Source: Candidatus Saccharimonadota bacterium
GTDB lineage: Bacteria > Patescibacteriota > Saccharimonadia > Saccharimonadales > UBA4665
Length of the DNA stretch: 32,000 nt
NCBI GenBank assembly: GCA_016699935.1
Contig: CP064992.1
Location: 360,001-392,000 of the forward strand
Direction of reading: 5' to 3'
This document shows, piece after piece, positions 7,862 to 16,986 of this stretch. Numbering within the stretch: the first letter of the stretch is position 1; each line of letters starts with the position of its first letter. The position numbers and the translations under genes were made by a program. Under the pieces are notes generated by a model, which searched no databases, was not told where the DNA came from, and was given only the letters and a program-made list of their open reading frames with translations.

Positions 7862-9838
7862 TTACCGTATGGCCGTCAGACTCACATCGGCAATCTTACG
7901 TGCTGTACCACCGTCAACGCTTACCACATAATCTGCCACTTCGTTTGCGCCACTCACCTGGTAAACAATTGCTCTACTACCAAGCCAGTAGGCTGGCGCT
8001 TGCATATTTCGCAGTGAAGCGAGTTCTGTGTCTTTGCCATCACCAAGATTACGCAGAAACAGGATGCCCTTGCTATCACGTACGTCGACCCAGGCACTGG
8101 TTTTCAAATCGGGGCTATCGACGAAATATCGAGAAATGAACTCAGAAGGAGGGGTTGATTCAACCGGAGCTGACGCACCAAGCGTGTACTCATACCACTT
8201 TGTTGGCGTCTGAAACTTCAGTTTGGTGTAATCGTAACGAAGGAGCGCCCAAGCATCACCACTGTAGAGCGACTTTTTACCCGTGCCGTCTATGTTAACC
8301 TGTGCGAATGTTTCTTTTGCATTCGGGTCGGTTGCAGATACTGTGTAGTAAAGCGTATTGCCTATAAGCTGTTCGCCGGCGAAGTAATTTGCATTTGCCA
8401 ACTGGAACCGTTTATTGGCGGCAAAATCATAGGCAATGATTTTTTGGCGGCTAGCGTTGGCCGCACTCGCACCAGCAACGGTTTGGCGGTACAAAAGCGT
8501 ATCACCGCGCCACCCAATTAGCGTAATTTGCTCGGCATATTCTATATTGACCTGTTCGCCGGTTTCAGTATCGACAACAAATAATCCCGACAGTAAGTAA
8601 CCATCTTTGTTACGCTTGTCATCACGAGAAGAAACGATTGCTACTTTTTCGCCCGTCGGCTTCGGCAACACCGCCATAGCCTGTGTTTCCAGACCAGTAC
8701 CTGCGAGCAACACTTCACGGTCTTTACCATCTACATACACCTTATAAACATCGTATTTCCCGCTCGCCTTACTGATAAAGATTGCCCGAGCAGACGGCAC
8801 TAGTTTTCGATTGACCGTGCCAGCCTGTGCCTCACCAAACTTAATCTCTTCCGTGCGAAGCCCGTCTTTTGTAACTGTAATGCTTTCTGAGCTGCCTGGT
8901 GCTATGGTAAGAATTGCTTCGCCTTTTTTGTCTGACTTGGCGGTTGCCTCACCGCTTGTCAGCGAAACATCCGCAACCGGCTTGCCAGATAAATAATCGG
9001 TGAAGGCAAAGGTCAGTTTCTGTCCAGTAGGCTTGAGTGTCACCTCGCCCAAATCAGTAATACGCATATCGAAGTCGACCTGCTTCTTCACCGCTGCAAA
9101 GGCAAGCTTGCGGATTTCCACCTCGTGACTACCAAGACGTATGCCCGAAAGCCGCACCTGACCCTTTTCGTTGGTTTTGACGGTCACACCATCTGCCGAA
9201 ACCGACGCATTTTGCAGCGGGAAATTCGTAGCTCCGTCGAGTACGCTAACAAGCACGCTTGATCGAACACCGAAGGTGTTTAATACGAGATTGCGTACCG
9301 GTTTCACGAAAATAATAAATACGGCTAACAAGATGCCGACGGCTATTGTTCCATACCGACTCCACGGACTATCCCACCATGTAAACCAGGCGTTTTTGAG
9401 ACGTTCAAAGATGGATGGTTTCATAACTACAGCAGACTCTTTTGGTGCATTCGTACTGAGCGCTACATCGGCATCACTTTTCAATATATCGTCGACTGCG
9501 GCCACCGTATCGGCATCTTCCGGCTCTGTTGTCGCCTTAAAATCCGATGGCAGCTGTTCCATATCGAGATCTTTTTCGTATGGGTCGCTCTCAACCCGAG
9601 TCTTTGATTCGGCATTACTACCAGGTGCAGCATCACCCCCCACGTTTGGCTCGTTCGAACGCTGCTCTGCAGTATTGGCGGGGTGATTGTCTTTGGGGGG
9701 AGCACCTGGCACGTCTGGTTCAGTGACTGCACCCGGTTCCTCACCGTCAAACCCTTGAGCGGGCCCCATAATCTCCCTTACGCGCTGTTCAGCTTTTGCT
9801 TCATCTGGGTCTGTCGTGGTGATAGGTATTTTTGCCAT
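7862..9838 (-). CDS. large membrane-anchored extracytoplasmic protein (disordered acidic N-terminus, one TM, beta-rich domains)
   Basis: 658-aa intact ORF. TM helix YGTIAVGILLAVFIIFV at about residue 170. Beta-rich repeats follow, compatible with Ig-like/CarboxypepD_reg plus a TolB/PD40-like propeller; that domain assignment is by eye only. Confidence 0.6.
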   Translation of the reverse strand: MAKIPITTTDPDEAKAEQRVREIMGPAQGFDGEEPGAVTEPDVPGAPPKDNHPANTAEQRSNEPNVGGDAAPGSNAESKTRVESDPYEKDLDMEQLPSDFKATTEPEDADTVAAVDDILKSDADVALSTNAPKESAVVMKPSIFERLKNAWFTWWDSPWSRYGTIAVGILLAVFIIFVKPVRNLVLNTFGVRSSVLVSVLDGATNFPLQNASVSADGVTVKTNEKGQVRLSGIRLGSHEVEIRKLAFAAVKKQVDFDMRITDLGEVTLKPTGQKLTFAFTDYLSGKPVADVSLTSGEATAKSDKKGEAILTIAPGSSESITVTKDGLRTEEIKFGEAQAGTVNRKLVPSARAIFISKASGKYDVYKVYVDGKDREVLLAGTGLETQAMAVLPKPTGEKVAIVSSRDDKRNKDGYLLSGLFVVDTETGEQVNIEYAEQITLIGWRGDTLLYRQTVAGASAANASRQKIIAYDFAANKRFQLANANYFAGEQLIGNTLYYTVSATDPNAKETFAQVNIDGTGKKSLYSGDAWALLRYDYTKLKFQTPTKWYEYTLGASAPVESTPPSEFISRYFVDSPDLKTSAWVDVRDSKGILFLRNLGDGKDTELASLRNMQAPAYWLGSRAIVYQVSGANEVADYVVSVDGGTARKIADVSLTAIR

Positions 9839-9948
9839 TAGGGTTATCCTTAATCACATTGTATCAAAAATAATGAAATAGCGGTTATCCCGCCGAGAGA
9901 ATTTATGAGCTATTCCACATCTAGGGCGGTGACTCGTAGTAAACTGGT

Positions 9949-10590
9949 TTAGTGCAAGAAACTTTCGGACCGAAAACTGGCCTGCTCAAAGAGGTGCTTA
10001 TACCGGTCGGCAAAGGCGGCCCGGGCTTCGGGTAAGGTAATTTTGCGGCTCCAGTCTTTGTCTAGTTTGGCACGTGTGGCGGCCATAAGATCTTCGGTCG
10101 ATAGCTCTGGATGCTCGCGCCAGTAGAGGCTTAAGAATGGCCCCACCATGTGCGAACAGCCGTCGGCGCTGGCGACAATCTGCACCTCCAGTGAGGCTTC
10201 GCGTAGACCTAGCTCCATCTTTTTATCCATGGTTTCTATACCCGAGATAGCTCGCTCCACAAAATCCTGGGTGAAACCCATCTCTGTTAATTTTGCCATC
10301 CCAGCCGAAAGTGTCACCTCGTACTGATTCTCAAAGTCCAATGCCTTCCCATAATCATGTAGCCACACCATTACCTCTACCAAATCTCGGTCGGCCGACG
10401 GATATTTTTCACACAGCTCCATCGCGATCCGCTCGACAATCTCCAGATGCCACCGCACAAACCATTCATGATGCACAAAATCCGATCGGCTCGACACCTC
10501 CCGCACATGCCCCTTCCACGCCTCAATCTTCTCCCGCAATTGTTCGCCCTCCCCTGTCTCTTTTAGCAACCATGTATGCACAAGCCACAA
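9949..10590 (-). CDS. HD-domain metal-dependent phosphohydrolase
   Basis: H…HD signature (VMVWLHDYGKAL) in a helical protein of about 200 aa. The longest ORF starts at TTG 10590 and overlaps the EamA gene end by 68 nt; the true start may be the internal GTG/TTG a few codons downstream. Confidence 0.65.
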   Translation of the reverse strand: MWLVHTWLLKETGEGEQLREKIEAWKGHVREVSSRSDFVHHEWFVRWHLEIVERIAMELCEKYPSADRDLVEVMVWLHDYGKALDFENQYEVTLSAGMAKLTEMGFTQDFVERAISGIETMDKKMELGLREASLEVQIVASADGCSHMVGPFLSLYWREHPELSTEDLMAATRAKLDKDWSRKITLPEARAAFADRYKHLFEQASFRSESFLH

Positions 10591-11425
10591 TTATCATTGC
10601 TCCGACTATTGCTTGCCAGCTGGGCGTTTCGCTGTATAAAAATATCCCTATTACAAGAGCTATGACCCCCTCAAGTAGAAAGATATTGCCGGCAATGTAT
10701 GCTTTCATGTGCGCAAATATATAATTTACCATGACCATACCAGATATGTTTGTTATGACGCTGGCAATCAAACCGACCCAAGCCACGGTTGTTATGTGTT
10801 GTGGCCACAATCCCTTACCAGCCGCTAGTACAGCAAGAAATGGCACAATCCATCCATAGCTCAAAACTATCACAGCGTCTTGATATTTATTCGAGCTTGC
10901 TGGATGTTTTCGAGACAAAAGATAACCGATGTTAAAACCAACCATACTTATGACCGCTGCTGTTTCGCCCACTCCCAAATGAAAATTTGTGAAGTTGATA
11001 CCCGTTAACAGCGCGAGTCCGATTATCGAAATCAGTACGTATACTAGTGAACCCTTATCTAAGCGTTCGCGGAAGATTAGCCATGCAAAGATACCTAATG
11101 TCGGCAATGAAGCTATAAATGAAACTGTTGCAAACTCGGTTTTTTGAATAGCGACCGTGAAAAGCAAAACTCCCACACCGAATACGAAAACCGCACGCAG
11201 CAAATACGTAAGATGCTGTTGCGCTGAATACTTCATAATTTGGCGAGGTTTAATAACTTTTGCGAATATAACCCACCCTAAGATCGATGCAATTAAAATA
11301 CGAATATAGACTTGTTGGTACGTCGTGAATGATTCCTGCATCATACGAACCCAAATACCCATGGTTGCAAATTGTACTGTCTGGAATAATGCGATGATTA
11401 CTGGCAACCTTGAGTGCGTTTTCAT
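10523..11425 (-). CDS. EamA/DMT-family transporter (about 10 TM)
   Basis: Uniformly hydrophobic 300-aa product from ATG 11425 (MKTHSRLPVIIALFQ…). The upstream 73 codons of the track ORF are non-hydrophobic and overlap the pyrC start, so they are rejected. Confidence 0.7.
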   Translation of the reverse strand: MKTHSRLPVIIALFQTVQFATMGIWVRMMQESFTTYQQVYIRILIASILGWVIFAKVIKPRQIMKYSAQQHLTYLLRAVFVFGVGVLLFTVAIQKTEFATVSFIASLPTLGIFAWLIFRERLDKGSLVYVLISIIGLALLTGINFTNFHLGVGETAAVISMVGFNIGYLLSRKHPASSNKYQDAVIVLSYGWIVPFLAVLAAGKGLWPQHITTVAWVGLIASVITNISGMVMVNYIFAHMKAYIAGNIFLLEGVIALVIGIFLYSETPSWQAIVGAMIIVACAYMVAKRDRGGRTIAGED

Positions 11426-11459
11426 TTGCTCATTGTAGCAGGTGTGTATACTGGTAGAC

Positions 11460-12518
11460 ATGACTGAAATACTTCGTTTGCCGGGGCTGGTGGATGTGCA
11501 TGTGCATTTGCGGGAGCCTGGACAGACCGAAAAAGAAGATTTTTCTAGCGGGACTCGGGCCGCCCTGGCCGGTGGCTTCACTACCGTGTGTGATATGCCG
11601 AACAATGCCGAACCTATCACTACGCTAGAACGTCTTGAAGCCAAGATTGCGCTAGCACAGCAGAAAGCGGTCTGTGATATAGGCTTCCACTACGGTACTG
11701 TGGGTGATAATCTCGACACATTTGCCGAAGCCGCCAAGCATTCAATCGGCTTAAAAGTGTACCTAAATAACACAACTGGTGGCTACACTCTGGACCCTTC
11801 GCGGCTAAAGGAAATTTACGCTGCTTGGCCGCGCGATCAGGTCGTCTTACTGCATACCGAAGAAGACACTATAGATATTGCCATCGCATCGCTAGAGGGG
11901 TTAAGCCGTCCGGTGCATGTCTGCCATATGCCCAGCCGCGTTGTGTTAGAAAAAATCATGGCAGCTAAGGCAAAAGGATTGCCTGTAACCTGCGGAGTTA
12001 CGCCGCACCATTTGTTTTTGACCGAAAACGACGTGGAGCGCCTGGGCGTATATGGCATGATGAAACCGCCACTGAAATCGCAGGCAGACCAAGATTTCTT
12101 GTGGGCGCACCTGGATGATATCGACATCTTTGAATCCGATCACGCCCCTCACACCCACGCAGACAAACAAGCTGGAGCGTTTGGCGTACCAAACCTAGAG
12201 ACCACTCTGCCCCTACTGCTGAAAGCGCGAGCCGAGGGCAAGATTACGCTCGAGCAGATTATAGACAAATGTTTTACGAATCCAAGTGAAATTTTCGGCC
12301 TTCCAACAGATGACTCAACCTATGTCGACGTGAAAATGGAGCCATATGTTTTACATAATGCCGACCTCCAAACCAAGTGTGGTTGGTCACCGTGGGACGG
12401 TGAGGAAATGCCTGGTCATGTCACCCGCGTCGTCCTCCACGGCCAAACCGTCTACGAAAACGGCACATTCCCCGCAGACCTCCATCCCGCCCGCGTCCTC
12501 ACACCGTTTGCTTCCTGA
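11460..12518 (+). CDS. pyrC: dihydroorotase
   Basis: MTEILRLPGLVDVHVHLREPG (HxH metal site), DHAPH motif, about 353 aa. Convergent with pyrB. Confidence 0.85.
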   Translation: MTEILRLPGLVDVHVHLREPGQTEKEDFSSGTRAALAGGFTTVCDMPNNAEPITTLERLEAKIALAQQKAVCDIGFHYGTVGDNLDTFAEAAKHSIGLKVYLNNTTGGYTLDPSRLKEIYAAWPRDQVVLLHTEEDTIDIAIASLEGLSRPVHVCHMPSRVVLEKIMAAKAKGLPVTCGVTPHHLFLTENDVERLGVYGMMKPPLKSQADQDFLWAHLDDIDIFESDHAPHTHADKQAGAFGVPNLETTLPLLLKARAEGKITLEQIIDKCFTNPSEIFGLPTDDSTYVDVKMEPYVLHNADLQTKCGWSPWDGEEMPGHVTRVVLHGQTVYENGTFPADLHPARVLTPFAS

Positions 12519-12639
12519 GACACAACAACCAACTCTCAACGACTAAGTTAGCAACAACCAATCAACAACCCACGATTGCGTCTTTTAACCATCCCGCCAG
12601 CGGCGGGATACAGCTAGGGGTGGCACTGCGGAGCTGACC

Positions 12640-12728
12640 CGGTACAGCTGTGGTAAATCAGCACAATACCAGCGAAAATGCGTATCCAATTAGTGTTTTC
12701 GCATTGTGCTCGTTTACCACAGCTGCCG
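12640..12728. repeat. long imperfect hairpin / inverted repeat in the pyrC-pyrB convergent spacer
   Basis: Paired segments: 12645-12657 with 12713-12725 (13 bp perfect), 12661-12667 with 12703-12709 (7 bp), 12672-12678 with 12696-12702 (7 bp), plus cgg/ccg at 12640-42 with 12626-28-equivalent partner 12726-12728. The loop is 17 nt. Confidence 0.8.
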
Positions 12729-12758
12729 AGTCGGTGGAGATGTGCCTGGCTTTTTTGC

Positions 12759-12786
12759 CCAGCTTTTTTGCCACCAAAAAAGCTGG
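12759..12786. terminator. A/T-rich hairpin, candidate bidirectional terminator
   Basis: ccagctttttt-gccacc-aaaaaagctgg (11-bp perfect stem), 29 nt downstream of the pyrB stop (12815-12817). The neighbouring direct repeat gcttttttgcc occurs twice. Confidence 0.5.
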
Positions 12787-12814
12787 CCGCCGGGCGCGGG
12801 CGGGTCCGCGCACG

Positions 12815-13735
12815 TTACTTATGACTAAAGAGATAGTCCAGCAGCGCCATACGCACATACACGCCGTTATGCGACTGCCGGAAGTAGGCCGCACGCGGGT
12901 CAATATCTACCCCAGCCGTAATTTCGCTCACCCGTGGCAAGGGGTGCATAATGACCGACTTCTCTTTCATGTTCTGCAGGACACTCTCGTCTATGACAAA
13001 TCCCGCCTCCAGCGTCGGATCTTCCAGCCGCTCCTTCTGGAGCCGGGTCCAATACACCACATCAGCCTGCTTGACCGCTTCGTTCACATCATCGGTTTCC
13101 GTGAATGCCACACCGCGTTCCTTAAGCAAAGCCTTGATATCGTCGCCCATTTGCAACTGCGGCGTTGAAACAAACGTGAAGCTGGTACCTTTGTAATTGC
13201 TCATGACCTGGGCGAGCGAACGCACTGTACGGCCATGCGCCAGATCGCCACCCATTAGTACATTCAGACCCTCGAGTGTCCCCATTTCGCGCCAGATGGT
13301 GTAGACATCCAGTAGCGCCTGTGTAGGATGTTCGCCCGTGCCGTCGCCAGCATTGATAACGGGTACTGGGCTAGCGGCAGCCGCCCGATCGACAATGCCA
13401 GTTTCTTTGTGGCGAATGACAATAGCATCGGCGTAGCCACACACCACGCGCACTGTGTCCTCTATGGTTTCGCCTTTAATGGCAGAAGAGAATTCAGCCG
13501 CGTTTTCGGTGCTTACCACCCCCATACCAAGCCGCTGGGCGGCCGATTCGTGACTCAGACGAGTACGCGTCGATGGTTCGTAGAAAAGTGTTGCGACAAC
13601 TTTATCAGGGTATAGTTCCCGCAGTTGTTTCCGCCCTTCCGGTGTCTCTAGGAGCTTCCGGTACTCCTCTGCCTTTTGCATAAGCCCGCTCAAAACTTCC
13701 GGCGTAAGTTGCTTTGCCGCCACTAAATGATCCAT
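12815..13735 (-). CDS. pyrB: aspartate carbamoyltransferase catalytic subunit
   Basis: 306 aa. Motifs: FYEPSTRTR, HPTQALLD, HPLPR. Confidence 0.9.
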   Translation of the reverse strand: MDHLVAAKQLTPEVLSGLMQKAEEYRKLLETPEGRKQLRELYPDKVVATLFYEPSTRTRLSHESAAQRLGMGVVSTENAAEFSSAIKGETIEDTVRVVCGYADAIVIRHKETGIVDRAAAASPVPVINAGDGTGEHPTQALLDVYTIWREMGTLEGLNVLMGGDLAHGRTVRSLAQVMSNYKGTSFTFVSTPQLQMGDDIKALLKERGVAFTETDDVNEAVKQADVVYWTRLQKERLEDPTLEAGFVIDESVLQNMKEKSVIMHPLPRVSEITAGVDIDPRAAYFRQSHNGVYVRMALLDYLFSHK

Positions 13736-13774
13736 AAACCCTCCTAGTTATCCCAGATATTGTACTACGATTTA

Positions 13775-14299
13775 CTAGGCAGCTCTAACGACAACGTTTT
13801 CAGGTTGAAACACGACACAAGGGCGGTTTGGGTCCTTTAGCCCTGGATACGTTGCAACTGCTTCCAAGTATCCACATGAGGTAAACCTAGCTGCACTATC
13901 AAGAGTCCGGCAAAAGGCATAAAGATCCAAACCCATTCTTATCCCCTCTTCTGTTAGCTTCTTTATAACAAGCTTCCCTAACCCTCGTTTTCTAAAATCT
14001 TGGTGCACCCACAAAGAACCCAGTTGCCTATATTCACCGGCAAGTAGTGGTGTATCGGGCGCTTCTTCCGAACAAATCACTGGTATTTTCTGCTCGTTTG
14101 AACCCTTAATGCGACCAAACGCTGCTAATGACTCTCCTATAGATAGGACAAGGCTGAGTGGGCTGAGAAGTAATGTTTCTGGTGACACAGGTACCATAGT
14201 GTCTCCCTCCTGCGCAATTCCAGCAGCAATCACTTCCGCTTCGGGATAAAATAGTTGTTTCTCTGGTGTAAATAATTGGTGTTGGATTTCTATACTCAT
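13775..14299 (-). CDS. GNAT-family N-acetyltransferase
   Basis: 174 aa. Acetyl-CoA motif A: WVHQDFRKRGLGKLVIKKL (Q/R-x-x-G-x-G/A). Confidence 0.7.
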   Translation of the reverse strand: MSIEIQHQLFTPEKQLFYPEAEVIAAGIAQEGDTMVPVSPETLLLSPLSLVLSIGESLAAFGRIKGSNEQKIPVICSEEAPDTPLLAGEYRQLGSLWVHQDFRKRGLGKLVIKKLTEEGIRMGLDLYAFCRTLDSAARFTSCGYLEAVATYPGLKDPNRPCVVFQPENVVVRAA

Positions 14300-14322
14300 A
14301 TTTTGTCGTTTCCATATAAAGA

Positions 14323-14349
14323 GCCCCCGTTTTTTTACAAAACGAGGGC
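14323..14349 (-). terminator. hairpin terminator downstream of aspS
   Basis: Minus strand reads gccctcgtttt-gtaaa-aaaacgggggc (one mismatch) followed by tctttat. Lies between the aspS stop (14459) and the GNAT start (14299). Confidence 0.55.
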
Positions 14350-14458
14350 ACTACGCAAATACTATAAATGCATGCCCCTATGGGCGTGGACGGATCTGAA
14401 AGCCGCAGACATGCAAAATCATAAAAATGATTGTACCTGTCAATCTCCTAAAACACAA

Positions 14459-16219
14459 CTATTCTTCAACCACGCGCACCGAGAGATCCTTCAACTGTTG
14501 GTTGTCGACGTGACTGGGGCTGTTCATCATGACGTCTAGGCCGCTGCCGTTTTTGGGGAAAGCGACTATTTCGCGGATGTTTTCTTCGCCCATGAGGATC
14601 ATGAACAGTCGGTCGACACCAAAGGCGCAGCCGGCGTGTGGCGGGGCGCCGTATTTGAAGGCGCTGAGCATGGCACCGAATTTCTCTTCGACGTATTCTG
14701 GCGTAAAGCCGAGTAGACCGAAAACTTTGTACAGCACTTCGGGATTGTGATTGCGCACCCCGCCGCTGCAGATTTCGTAGCCATTAGCCACCATGTCGTA
14801 CTGATCGGCCAAGATTTCCAGTTTGTTTTCAGTGTTATCCAGCGCGTGAGCACCGCCCTTGGGCATGCTGAATGGGTTGTGACCGAAATCCATTTTGCCC
14901 GTTTTTTCGTCTGTCTCGTAAAACGGAAAATCGACTATCCAGCACAGCGCAACAGTATCTGGGTCTTTCAGGCCAAAGTGCGAGGCAAATTCGTTGCGCA
15001 GTCGACCGAGTACTTTATTTACGACGTGGCGCGTGTCGGCACCGAAGAACACAGCATCGCCGTCTTCCGCCTGGGAACGGTTTTTTACTTCGGTGAGTTC
15101 AACCTCATTCATAAATTTCGCAATTGGTGACTGCACTTCGCCGTCTTTGTAGGTCAGGTAGGCAAGCCCGCCAGCACCTTCACTTTTGGCGATTTCGGTG
15201 AAACTGTCTATCTGGCTGCGGCTGAGTGATGCGCCGCCTTTGACGCAAATCGCCTTCACCGCGCCGCCACCAGCCGCGGCATTCTTGAATACGCCAAATT
15301 CAGAGTCTGTAAATACATCCGATAGTTCGACTAGTTTCATACCGAAACGCAAGTCCGGTTTATCTGAACCATACGTTTCTATGGCTTCGGCGTACGGAAT
15401 TCGGGGGACGTTGTCGCTCAGCAGTTTCTTACCGGCAAAGTCGCTCACTAAGTTTTTAATAAGCGGGTCAAAAATAGTACGCACTTCCTCACCGTCCTCC
15501 ACGAAACTCATTTCGGCATCGAGCTGATAGAATTCGCCATACAGTCTATCGGCACGCGGGTCTTCATCGCGAAAACAAGCTGCCAGCTGGTAGTAACGCG
15601 AAATGCCGCCGACCATTAGCAGCTGTTTAAACTGCTGCGGAGCTTGGGGCAGGGCATAGAATTTGCCAGGGTGAATGCGTGAGGGGATGAGGAAATCGCG
15701 GGCGCCTTCCGGGCTACTATTGGCAAGAATGGGCGTGGCAACCTCTGTAAAGCCCTGCGATTCAACGTAGTCTCGCATGTACTTGTAGTAGCCCGCGCGC
15801 TGCTTTAGCATGTGCTGCATCTTCGGGCGGCGTAGGTCAAGGTAGCGATAGCGAAGTCGCAGTTCTTCGTTGGCCTGCGCGTCGGAGAAGGGTTGGATGG
15901 GCAGCGTTTCAGCGCGGTTAAGAATACGTATTGATTGGACTTTCACTTCGATACTACCTGTTTCCAGATGCGGATTGCGCATATTTTCATCCCGTTCGGC
16001 TATCGTGCCCGTGGCGGCGATGACAAATTCATCACGGAGTTCCTCGGCGGTTTTGAATGCCTCAGCCGTTTCGGGATTGATGACGAGCTGGAGTAGCCCC
16101 GTGTGGTCACGCAGGTCAATGAAAATGAGCCCGCCGTGATCGCGGCGCGACTGCACCCAGCCCATTGCCGTGATAGTATGTCCGACTTTTGATATTGATT
16201 CAGTAGCAAGTGTACGCAT
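14459..16219 (-). CDS. aspS: aspartate--tRNA ligase (bacterial type)
   Basis: 586-aa intact ORF. N-terminal OB fold (GWVQSRRDHGGLIFIDLRD), class II motifs (FRDEDPRADR, GGVRNH, GAPPHAGCAFGVDRL), bacterial insertion domain present. Confidence 0.92.
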   Translation of the reverse strand: MRTLATESISKVGHTITAMGWVQSRRDHGGLIFIDLRDHTGLLQLVINPETAEAFKTAEELRDEFVIAATGTIAERDENMRNPHLETGSIEVKVQSIRILNRAETLPIQPFSDAQANEELRLRYRYLDLRRPKMQHMLKQRAGYYKYMRDYVESQGFTEVATPILANSSPEGARDFLIPSRIHPGKFYALPQAPQQFKQLLMVGGISRYYQLAACFRDEDPRADRLYGEFYQLDAEMSFVEDGEEVRTIFDPLIKNLVSDFAGKKLLSDNVPRIPYAEAIETYGSDKPDLRFGMKLVELSDVFTDSEFGVFKNAAAGGGAVKAICVKGGASLSRSQIDSFTEIAKSEGAGGLAYLTYKDGEVQSPIAKFMNEVELTEVKNRSQAEDGDAVFFGADTRHVVNKVLGRLRNEFASHFGLKDPDTVALCWIVDFPFYETDEKTGKMDFGHNPFSMPKGGAHALDNTENKLEILADQYDMVANGYEICSGGVRNHNPEVLYKVFGLLGFTPEYVEEKFGAMLSAFKYGAPPHAGCAFGVDRLFMILMGEENIREIVAFPKNGSGLDVMMNSPSHVDNQQLKDLSVRVVEE

Positions 16220-16380
16220 GGATAATTTTCCTCATATGTTGATAGCGGCGCTTCTTTCTAGGGTCGAATGCACAAGCTGCCCGGCCGGGCTACCTGCCGA
16301 CCCATGGATTTATATCTGCAACAACGCCATGTTTCATCGAAGACATTTTACCATCTTTCAATCAAAACATCCTAAATCAT

Positions 16381-16418
16381 TCTCACTTTACGTCCGACCG
16401 GACGTAAAGTGATACAAT
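16381..16418 (+). promoter_or_regulatory. perfect palindrome abutting a TACAAT -10 box, 9 nt upstream of the ATG (candidate operator / leaderless promoter)
   Basis: tcactttacgtccg-ac-cggacgtaaagtga at 16383-16412 (14-bp arms), then tacaat at 16413-16418, then 9 nt to ATG 16428 with no SD. Confidence 0.55.
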
Positions 16419-16427
16419 TAGTGCAAT

Positions 16428-16918
16428 ATGAGGCGTGATTACAGCAGTACGAAACATGCAGCAATGGTTTTTATGCTTAGGGGATTAATCCCCTACACCG
16501 AGGAAAATGTGCTGCTTTCATTCAAACCAAGCACGTTCTTTTATGAGATGTCAAAAGTTTCCGGTCATAGCGAAGCTGCTCTGCGCAACGCGTATTACCG
16601 TGCTCGCAAGCAAGATTTATTCTCGGGAGATAAAGTTCCACGACTCACAGAAAAGGGGCTGCGGAAACTCGCGCCATATACCGCACAGAAGCTTGGCAAA
16701 GACGCAAGACTCATTGTGATTTTGATATCCCGGAACACCGCTTGACGGTACGAAATTCATTTCGCAGGCTCTTACGAAATTTGGGCTTTACTATGGTACA
16801 GCAGAGCGTGTGGGTTACTGACACTGATTACCGCAAAATACTTGTGCGTGCGGTGAAGGAACTGAACCTCGAATCGTGCGTCGAAATACACGAGAGCCTT
16901 CGCCTCTTTCCAAAATAA
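16428..16918 (+). pseudogene. Cas2/PaaX-like small protein (N-terminal putative wHTH plus IVxFDIPE…GF…QxSVW ferredoxin-like module); one frameshift as assembled
   Basis: ORF 16428-16745 ends …KDARLIVILISRNTA*. Adding one T to T4 16720-16723 gives …ARLIVIFDIPEHRLTVRNSFRRLLRNLGFTMVQQSVWVTDTDYRKILVRAVKELNLESCVEIHESLRLFPK*, with stop at 16916-16918. Confidence 0.6.
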
Positions 16919-16952
16919 TCTCACTTTCGTTACGGCCGGACGTAAAGTGAGA
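16919..16952. repeat. second, degenerate copy of the 16383-16412 palindrome; probable shared terminator of convergent genes
   Basis: The right half ccggacgtaaagtga (16936-16950) is identical to 16398-16412. The left half tcactttcgttacgg is a variant that still pairs, with bulges. It starts immediately after the stop at 16916-16918. Confidence 0.75.
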
Positions 16953-16986
16953 ATATTTGTGGTTTGTAATTTCTGGTTGGGGGTAG

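Noticed and set aside
11426-11644. N-terminal 73-codon extension of the EamA transporter ORF (track ORF 10523-11644).
   Set aside because: The extension is non-hydrophobic and Arg/Ser/Cys-rich, and it overlaps the pyrC start on the opposite strand. The internal ATG at 11425 opens directly into the first TM helix.
12519-12575. C/A-rich, G-poor tract with caacaacc repeated three times just after the pyrC stop (possible rut site or repeat family).
   Set aside because: The motif is short and low-complexity and there is no way to test Rho dependence from sequence. Noted only as composition bias.
14529-15527. Plus-strand ORFs of 73-127 aa inside aspS. Similar antisense ORFs are 12650-13168 (in pyrB), 19891-20532 (in the 548-aa gene), 23795-24535, 28035-28787 (in ahcY) and 29492-30335 (in metK).
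   Set aside because: All lie antisense to genes with unmistakable conserved motifs, have Arg/Ser/Pro-skewed composition typical of shadow ORFs, and lack SD/start context.
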